Below are positions 25,502 through 32,000 of a stretch of 32,000 nt of DNA, piece after piece (position 1 is the first letter of the stretch; each line of letters opens with the position of its first letter). Origin of the DNA: Promethearchaeota archaeon (GTDB lineage Archaea; Asgardarchaeota; Odinarchaeia; Odinarchaeales; JBHLKK01). The stretch is from NCBI GenBank assembly GCA_048939465.1, contig JBHLPL010000007.1:897-32896 (forward strand). The letters are read 5' to 3'. The translations under genes and the position numbers were made by a program. The notes below the pieces were generated by a model. That model searched no databases and was not told where the DNA came from. It worked only from the letters and a program-made list of their open reading frames with translations.

Positions 25502-26260
25502 ATGACCTTAAGCCAGGGATTCTGGAACAGACTAAAAGAGCTCTTGGAAAAGGCTGATCTGAGAATATATGATTCTATAGAGACTAGAGCCGAAACCGTT
25601 CAAAAGACCTACAGCGACAGGTCAGTATTTTTTGATAAGCTGGGCCGCTATCATTATGACGCACGACGCCATAAAATGAGGGGAGACTATGAAGAAGCTT
25701 TGGAGAATCTTCTGGCTTGCGTACGTATCTACACCAATCTGGGAGCTTATTTTAAGGCAAGTGGACTTATGTTAGATGTCGGCGACTGCTTTGCATCACT
25801 TGGTATGAATGAAATTGCCCTTTACTGCCTTAGGGAATCTTTCAAATGTCTGGCTGGTGAAAGGGATTCTCTTAGTCTTGATTTGACCGCCCTTCATTTA
25901 CTCTTGATCGTTGGAATCTATATTCTTTCAAACGATTTTGAAAAGGCGAGAGACTTCCTCAAAACAAGTAGAGAATCCAATCCCGAAGTTTTCAGGAGAT
26001 TGCAAAGAGAAGACTGCTATAAATTTGCCACAATCCTATTGAGGGCGTTTAGAAAAATGGATATAGAAGTTCTTATGAGTCTGGAGCAAAAGCTTACAAA
26101 AAGGGTATCCGACGACTGGCCCAGCCTGATGTCTCGTTTTCAAGAGTGTGTTGAGCTATATGAAATCCTGCAATCAATAATCGAGCGGTTCCGGAAATCG
26201 GGCAAGCAGCAGGATTTGGGTCAGGGTCCTTCTGGAATGCGAAATATGTCTCAACTCTAA
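25502..26260 (+). CDS. All-helical TPR / SNAP-like repeat protein, unknown function
   Basis: Repeating A/G/Y helical pattern (GDYEEALENLLACVRIY..LG..KA..L..VGDCF..LG..E.AL..L.ES) and a helical C-terminal bundle. Confidence 0.65.
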   Translation: MTLSQGFWNRLKELLEKADLRIYDSIETRAETVQKTYSDRSVFFDKLGRYHYDARRHKMRGDYEEALENLLACVRIYTNLGAYFKASGLMLDVGDCFASLGMNEIALYCLRESFKCLAGERDSLSLDLTALHLLLIVGIYILSNDFEKARDFLKTSRESNPEVFRRLQREDCYKFATILLRAFRKMDIEVLMSLEQKLTKRVSDDWPSLMSRFQECVELYEILQSIIERFRKSGKQQDLGQGPSGMRNMSQL

Positions 26261-26334
26261 ATGATATGGAACCTTTCCTTCCTTTGGTTCTTTTGGCGAA
26301 GCTGAAGAAGACACCCCTATTATGTTTTAGATTG

Positions 26335-26637
26335 TCATCTGCGCTGTGATATGGCCTTCTGCGCCTGATCGTGCCAGGCGTCCAGTATGACTTTTGTAAA
26401 ATCCCTGACTTTGACACCAACTAGAACGGCCTTATTCTCTTTGAAGAATCGGTCTATAGTCTTGTCAACTTCCTTGGCCTTCCTCCCCAAAAGTGTCTCC
26501 TCCAGTCGATCAAGCACATCTTCCGGATGAAGAAAAAAATCTCCAGTTATGATTATTCTCCTGATTTTTCCGTCTTCTGCAGAGACTTGCGCACGGATGA
26601 GTTTTCCACCAGGTATTTTCAGTTCTGCTCTTCCCAA
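26335..26637 (-). CDS. lplB: Lipoate-protein ligase small subunit / C-terminal accessory domain (LplB-like); start TTG 26637 (or GTG 26667)
   Basis: KIPGGKLIR...I.ITGDFFLHPE...LE..L.G motif; directly follows the ligase catalytic gene. Confidence 0.85.
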   Translation of the reverse strand: MGRAELKIPGGKLIRAQVSAEDGKIRRIIITGDFFLHPEDVLDRLEETLLGRKAKEVDKTIDRFFKENKAVLVGVKVRDFTKVILDAWHDQAQKAISQRR

Positions 26638-26648
26638 TATTGGCCCCC

Positions 26649-27416
26649 CTAACGGCGGAAATTCCACTTCTCATTAGAGTATTTCTCGTTTCGCAGTTTA
26701 CGTGCAGATTCCAGCTCTTGATTGCTTAGACTTCCTTCCTTGAAACCGATTTGCAGCGCCTCTCGAAAACCTTTGATAAGGGCCGTCCTAACCTCCCCAA
26801 ACGTGACTCTTCTTCTCAATTCATTTCTAATGGACGTAACCCTTTCTTTTACAGATTGGATCAGCTTATCTGAGATCTTTGCTTTGGATACTTTCAATAC
26901 CTTGAACATCTCCTCAGGATCGAAATCGACAAGGATTGTCCCATGTTGTAGGAATACACTCTGTCTTCTTGTCTGAGCATTCCCTGATATTTTTCTGCCG
27001 TTGACAATAATATCATTTATGGGTTTGAACTCTGCCCTTAAACTAAGATCTCTCAATCCAGCAACAATCCCTTGACCGATTAGTTCATAAGACTCCATGA
27101 TATCTTTCGGAATCTTTGGGTTGTTTTCCTCAACGATTATGCTGTATGTGATTTCTCCGCGATAGTCGTGAAAAACTGCTCCTCCACCTGTTATCCTCCT
27201 AACTACATCCACCTCTAATTCTCTACAGGCTTTCAGATTGACTTCGTCGCGAACACTCTGGAAATATCCCACTGTGACAGTGGAAGGATTCCAACGGTAT
27301 AGTCTCAGAGTTGCTGGAGATTTGCCTCTCGCTACTGACCTGAGAACGGCCTCATCAATTGCCATGGTCATGGGACCTGAAAACACTCCCAAATCAATTA
27401 ATCTCCATTCCTCCAA
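26649..27416 (-). CDS. lplA: Lipoate-protein ligase A catalytic subunit
   Basis: MAIDEA, LRLYRW.P..V.VGYFQ, VRRITGGGAVFHD, NDIIVNGRKISGNAQ and QHGTIL. Confidence 0.93.
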   Translation of the reverse strand: MEEWRLIDLGVFSGPMTMAIDEAVLRSVARGKSPATLRLYRWNPSTVTVGYFQSVRDEVNLKACRELEVDVVRRITGGGAVFHDYRGEITYSIIVEENNPKIPKDIMESYELIGQGIVAGLRDLSLRAEFKPINDIIVNGRKISGNAQTRRQSVFLQHGTILVDFDPEEMFKVLKVSKAKISDKLIQSVKERVTSIRNELRRRVTFGEVRTALIKGFREALQIGFKEGSLSNQELESARKLRNEKYSNEKWNFRR

Positions 27417-27430
27417 TCCTCATCTCCTCA

Positions 27431-28411
27431 TTAAATGCCTAGCTCTTGCTTGATTATCTTGATTTCCCCAAATGTTGGAGGTCTTGGATAATTATAAGGG
27501 GAGCCCCTAGGGCGTTCATTGTAATAAGGTCTATTGCAATCCGGACACCCGCTTGTTAAGAAAGGTTTTCCGCTTTCAACGATTTCCTTTATTCTCTCTG
27601 GACATAGATCGAAATCGCAGAGTCTGCCTTCAGAGTCAAATTGCATTTTGCTATATGCACTCAGATCGTTTGCTATTAAGTAGCTCCCGATCTGGATACG
27701 TCTGTAAGAATCTATCGCAGGTTGAGGTCTATTTTGCAGTTTGGTTCCTTTGATTGGAGTGAAGGCAAAGAGTGCTGGAATTACATCCCTGTTAACCATC
27801 ATCTGGAGGAATCTGATCGCCTCCTCTTCAGTCTCCCCAAGTCCAATAATCAAGTGTGTCGATACTCTTCTTTTTCCGAATATCTTTACTGCGTAATCAA
27901 GCGTTTGAATATGTCTCCTCCAATTGTAGGGCCCTCCAATTTCCTTTCCTTTTATTTCCTTAAAGATTTTTGGAGTAGCTGCATCAATAGGGATGCTTAC
28001 TCTCTCAATACCAGCGTCCCGCATCTCAGTGATTTGATTTGATTTCAGCGGCTGGATTGAAACTGAAACTGGAATTATTTCATCCTTGATTTGGTGAATT
28101 AGGGAAAGCAAATCTTCAAATACTTGGGGATAGTTTAGAGCCTGGATGCATACTCGTTTTACGTTATTTCTACTCTTTAATGATTTCAAAACTTCCTTTG
28201 TGGAGAAAGCAGGCCAAGTAACTCTTGAAAGCATATTCGGAGGGGCATTACTGGTCCTGGCTTGAGGACAAAATCCGCAGTTTGCCGTGCATTTGCCTTG
28301 AGTATATGTCATGAGATAAGCAGTAGTGGGTTTATCACTAAATTTGCAATGAACAAGCCCCAGTACCGCTGCTGTTCCCACTGAAACTCTCACTCTTCTG
28401 GTAGTCATCAT
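27431..28411 (-). CDS. lipS2: Radical SAM protein, archaeal lipoyl synthase LipS2-like (biotin synthase-related)
   Basis: CTANCGFC radical SAM motif, RVSVGTA..LGL, PTTAYLM, LSRVTWP and C-terminal TSGCPDCNRPYYNE (TxGCPxCNRP, recalled as the LipS2 motif); adjacent to lplA/lplB. Confidence 0.75.
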   Translation of the reverse strand: MMTTRRVRVSVGTAAVLGLVHCKFSDKPTTAYLMTYTQGKCTANCGFCPQARTSNAPPNMLSRVTWPAFSTKEVLKSLKSRNNVKRVCIQALNYPQVFEDLLSLIHQIKDEIIPVSVSIQPLKSNQITEMRDAGIERVSIPIDAATPKIFKEIKGKEIGGPYNWRRHIQTLDYAVKIFGKRRVSTHLIIGLGETEEEAIRFLQMMVNRDVIPALFAFTPIKGTKLQNRPQPAIDSYRRIQIGSYLIANDLSAYSKMQFDSEGRLCDFDLCPERIKEIVESGKPFLTSGCPDCNRPYYNERPRGSPYNYPRPPTFGEIKIIKQELGI

Positions 28412-28424
28412 TTACCGCCAACGG

Positions 28425-28441
28425 CAGTTTGAGCTGAACTG
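28425..28441. promoter_or_regulatory. Palindromic candidate operator CAGTT-N7-AACTG upstream of lipS2
   Basis: GCAGTT-TGAGCTG-AACTGC in the 52-nt gap; same arms and spacing as 3008-3024. Confidence 0.4.
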
Positions 28442-28463
28442 CTCTGCTGCTTCAATTGATTAT

Positions 28464-31400
28464 TCATACTTCCTTTTGAATCTTCTTACGTACCTTCAAA
28501 GTAATTGCCACAACCAAAAGAAGGATTATTGGTATAGGAAAGATTGAAACAATCCAGGGCTTCTTACGGATAATCACGACTATCTCATGAGCGATTGGAT
28601 CAAAATTCTTACTCCATGCTTCGATTCTAACTGCAAACTGACCGCTTAGTCCCGAAGTGTTTATAGTGGCTCCATAGACTCCGTCACCGATTTCTTTCAC
28701 AGACGCTTCTACGGTTTCAATATATACTTTCAATGTTACGTTTGCTACGGGCCAGTGGCACAAATCACTTAGAGTGATAGTTATTTCAATTCGATCCCCC
28801 GAGTAGTATGTTAGCACGGAAGACGAGAAATCATAACTTGAAATTGCAAGACCGAGGACATTATGCCAGTCCAATAGATTCCGTATATACGGTGTGTTGT
28901 CATCAACGTCTGGAGCGATAGTCATAACTGTAATCTTCCCGAATCCAAAAGTGGCGGCGAGCCATACTGGTTTCTCATCGCCGTATGCGATGACGTGATA
29001 TGCCGGGTCATAAACCTCAAAATATCCATAATACGGAACATCACCATTTAGGCTGCTTGGCAAGCTTACAAGGGGATGCTCCCTACGCGTTATTGATATC
29101 TCGTTCCCAAATTCAGGTGAAGAATACACTCCAGGAATCCATTCCAATCGGCAATCTGTGACATTTAACACAATTAGTGTTCCCCCCCTGTTCACGTATT
29201 CTCGTATTGTCTCATTATGCATCGATATCCGGGAATCTTCTTTTTGTGACACGCCACTCTCAATAACAACTGTTTGAAATTCAAAAATATCGATCATCAG
29301 TTCATCGATCTGCATCAAGGTCGTATTATAGTAAACATACGTATAATTCAGGTTGTACATTGCATTTAGGTCTGCAATATCGTTCAGTAGGTATCCTTTT
29401 TCCCCAAGAATTGCGATTTTTCCGCGAGCGTGTCCTGGAACATGTTCATCTATGTCCAAAGATAAAGGATCAAGACTTGCCGGTATTGTATGACTACTAT
29501 TAGTCAGGCTAAGATGGGGATCTCCAAAAAGAGTATATTGTAGGGAGAAGTCTCCTTTTCCATGCGCGTAGTCACAGAGAAGATGCTTAGAGTATATGGA
29601 GCTTGTGTTTTCGAGCGCTATTCTGAACGCCTCTCCAAGCGTATATGATTCGCCAATCTTCTGAATTAACTGATACATGAACCACGCTGCTGCTTCAAAA
29701 TCAACTGTTCTGGGAGAAGATACGACAGCTACCGCCCCATGCCTTATAAATACCTCAGCAAAACTGCTTCCAACAAGGCATGCGGCTACTAAGATCAATG
29801 TAGAATGGATATTCTCAAGAGATTCATCAATGCTTTGGGAACTCAGGTAGTAATGATACATCTCTTCTTGGTTCCAATACAGAGGGTCAACAATACCATC
29901 TCCGTTAGCATCAGGGTGTGTCAGATTAGCTCCAGGTTCATACCACCAGCCAGCATCTGTATTTCTGAGAAGCAGCATTGAATTCTCCCTGATGCCCGCC
30001 AGATCTAATACCCCGTGCGTCGACAGTGTCCAGAGCCCTACTCCCGCGTCCAGAGTACTGACTATTTCTTCTACTCCTGTGTGGTTCACGAGGCTTAATC
30101 CGCAGTCTATCATCGCGGCAAAGCCATCATCTCTCTCGTGGATTGTGTGATTGATGCCGGCATTGTCAGTGAAGCCTGTACCATGAAGATAAGCGTAATA
30201 TGTCGATAGAGCGGTAAGTCGACCTGAGTTTACAAAAATAAGCGCATAATACAAGATGCTCCGACATATGTGTGAATCGAGCTCGGGGAATTCCTCGGGG
30301 AATCGACCTACGACAAACTGTCCTACAATTGCCCTATCCAGTGTTTGCCTTATCCTGGCCGAAGGGGCAACTACCGTTAGTGTTTCATTGCCTGTTGCCC
30401 CGTTTTCAAGCAACCACTGACCAAACATATCTGCAACTTCGGTCATGGCGTGATATTGCGGGACTCGCTCTTCCAAATAGCTGCCTTCAAAATAAGCTGG
30501 ATGAGACTCGACGCTTTTAAGATTCGAGGCAACACGCATTCCATAAACTGTCCAAGTTCCTTCAGCCAAATTGCTGCTATTCGTTTCTGATAAGAACAGC
30601 ACGCTCGCTCCTTGATAAGCTGCTATCAAAGAAGCAGGAGCAAAAACCCCTCCTTCGGGACCTGCTGGTACTGTCAATATAATGTCTTCACTGCTTCCGA
30701 TAGACTTGATAAAGGAGAAGATTGCTGATGAATTTGCCAGATGAGTGACTTCCGATATATCCGTTAGAGTACTAAGCATATTCTGCGTGCTCATATTCGC
30801 CACATCCACGAGTATAATCTCATTTACGTCCATGAACTCAAGAGCATCTTTCGTTACGTCTCTTAGTTCATCCGGCTCTACGTACAGAAGAGGAATATTC
30901 TGAAGGGAAGCTATAACTGCTCCATTCGACGCCGATTCAATATATCCTGTCAGATTCTCGTCGTAGGTTGAGATCCTATAGCCGCCACGTACGCTGAGAG
31001 AGCCACTCCCCCTCCACCAGCTCACCAAAATGGTCCAGTTCCCGGGCTGAGGATAGGGAACGCTTACTTCCTCTGACGGGAAAACAGTGTTTGCAGTGAC
31101 AGACCAGTCTATCAATCTTCCTTCTGGATTTATTAGAAATAAGTCAGCATCTTTGTACGGATTGGCCCAGTTGATCGATACGTTAAGCCATTCGGTTGCA
31201 GATGGGACCTCGACATTGTATCGTATTCCAGGACTCTCTTTCATGGTAATTGTGTAGTTCTCTTGAGGAACATCGATGCTTTCATTGAGAATACAGATTG
31301 TCCATGAACCATTTACAACAGCAGGGATTAAACTCACAAGTTTCTGATTACCATGGACTCGAGTGTAATCTGCGGTAAATGCTGTCGTATTATCTATGCA

Positions 31401-32000
31401 GAATCCTGTCGGATCTATTATGCTATGACTCAGAATTGAGTCCCCGCTCCAGTCAACGAATATCTCTACCCAGCCAGTGTCTTCTCCTATTACCACGGTC
31501 TTGTTGTTCCAAGCAAGGGGCATGGTGAAATTGGAGAAAATAGTGGTATTAGTCTGAACATTTGAAAAGATCATCTCAGGTAGTGAGAAATCCATAACCC
31601 GAGGTTGCGAGGGTTGCCCAACTAGGGCCAGTACAGCTTTGCCAGGCCTGCCCCAATCAAATAACGCCATTCTTGCTGTAAGGTCATAAAGATCTCTGCC
31701 TTCCAGTATTGGGAAGACTCGCCTATCAATAAGCGTTTGAACACTGTCCTGCTCTTCCTGAGTCATGTTGCCTATACCGATTGCCTGGTCGATTCCCCCA
31801 TAAATGTCGCAGTATTGCTTCCAGTCCGACAGAAGGGCCTTACTATTCTCATCCATATCTGAGAAGAGTATTGGCGAGGTGAAAACCCTTCCGCTAGCAT
31901 CATGAAAAACTGACATTGGAATAGCTGCCATATAGGCGAATTCGTCAAAATAGGAATTCAGGTCTGACCAGACTATTGTAACACGTCTTAGATCGGAAGA
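28464..32000 (-). CDS. Large secreted, C-terminally anchored multidomain protein with PPC-like domains and a gingipain (C25)-like peptidase domain; N-terminus beyond the right edge
   Basis: The frame stays open upstream of ATG 31931 to base 32000 (SSDLRRVTIVWSDLNSYFDEFAYMAAIP). PPC-like DADLFLINPEG...PQPGNWTILV; LSTHG (His), VAACLVG (Cys) and YTLFGDP; DANGDG Ca-binding loop; Ig-like domain; C-terminal TM plus basic tail. Confidence 0.82.
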   Translation of the reverse strand, partial: SSDLRRVTIVWSDLNSYFDEFAYMAAIPMSVFHDASGRVFTSPILFSDMDENSKALLSDWKQYCDIYGGIDQAIGIGNMTQEEQDSVQTLIDRRVFPILEGRDLYDLTARMALFDWGRPGKAVLALVGQPSQPRVMDFSLPEMIFSNVQTNTTIFSNFTMPLAWNNKTVVIGEDTGWVEIFVDWSGDSILSHSIIDPTGFCIDNTTAFTADYTRVHGNQKLVSLIPAVVNGSWTICILNESIDVPQENYTITMKESPGIRYNVEVPSATEWLNVSINWANPYKDADLFLINPEGRLIDWSVTANTVFPSEEVSVPYPQPGNWTILVSWWRGSGSLSVRGGYRISTYDENLTGYIESASNGAVIASLQNIPLLYVEPDELRDVTKDALEFMDVNEIILVDVANMSTQNMLSTLTDISEVTHLANSSAIFSFIKSIGSSEDIILTVPAGPEGGVFAPASLIAAYQGASVLFLSETNSSNLAEGTWTVYGMRVASNLKSVESHPAYFEGSYLEERVPQYHAMTEVADMFGQWLLENGATGNETLTVVAPSARIRQTLDRAIVGQFVVGRFPEEFPELDSHICRSILYYALIFVNSGRLTALSTYYAYLHGTGFTDNAGINHTIHERDDGFAAMIDCGLSLVNHTGVEEIVSTLDAGVGLWTLSTHGVLDLAGIRENSMLLLRNTDAGWWYEPGANLTHPDANGDGIVDPLYWNQEEMYHYYLSSQSIDESLENIHSTLILVAACLVGSSFAEVFIRHGAVAVVSSPRTVDFEAAAWFMYQLIQKIGESYTLGEAFRIALENTSSIYSKHLLCDYAHGKGDFSLQYTLFGDPHLSLTNSSHTIPASLDPLSLDIDEHVPGHARGKIAILGEKGYLLNDIADLNAMYNLNYTYVYYNTTLMQIDELMIDIFEFQTVVIESGVSQKEDSRISMHNETIREYVNRGGTLIVLNVTDCRLEWIPGVYSSPEFGNEISITRREHPLVSLPSSLNGDVPYYGYFEVYDPAYHVIAYGDEKPVWLAATFGFGKITVMTIAPDVDDNTPYIRNLLDWHNVLGLAISSYDFSSSVLTYYSGDRIEITITLSDLCHWPVANVTLKVYIETVEASVKEIGDGVYGATINTSGLSGQFAVRIEAWSKNFDPIAHEIVVIIRKKPWIVSIFPIPIILLLVVAITLKVRKKIQKEV

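Noticed and set aside
1-32000. rRNA, tRNA, CRISPR arrays, transposases or integrases, defence systems
   Set aside because: None recognised. Intergenic gaps are short, and no repeat-spacer periodicity or terminal inverted repeats with target duplications were seen by eye.

Overview
Gene-dense archaeal chromosomal window of about 30 CDS. No rRNA, tRNA, CRISPR array or mobile element was recognised. Archaeal origin is indicated by TATA/BRE promoters, NreA with a PIP box, a split LplA/LplB ligase, a LipS2-type radical SAM enzyme and Fae domains. An Asgard- or Bathyarchaeia-like lineage is plausible but not provable from this window. Left part: a partial MttB-family methyltransferase, an M50-like membrane protease, a frameshifted small gene, two acyl-CoA dehydrogenases, yjbQ, a nucleotidyltransferase, an amidohydrolase, an acetamidase/formamidase and a GNAT. 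The standout locus is a tandem, translationally coupled pair of DapA-family class I aldolase / formaldehyde-activating enzyme (Fae) fusion genes (10207-13111). Their Fae domains have lost complementary motifs, and they are divergently transcribed from a U32-like TIM-barrel gene. Middle and right part: a membrane-anchored caspase/legumain-like (clan CD) peptidase with an inserted CBM-like domain, and uvrA-uvrC (no uvrB in the window) separated by a perfect 26-bp palindrome containing a GAAC-N4-GTTC SOS-box-like core. These are followed by zinc-ribbon proteins, an ABC-2 exporter, nreA, a SNAP/TPR-like protein, a lipS2-lplA-lplB lipoate cluster and a large gingipain (C25)-like surface protein truncated at the right edge. 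All functional calls come from motif recognition by eye; no database searches were run.
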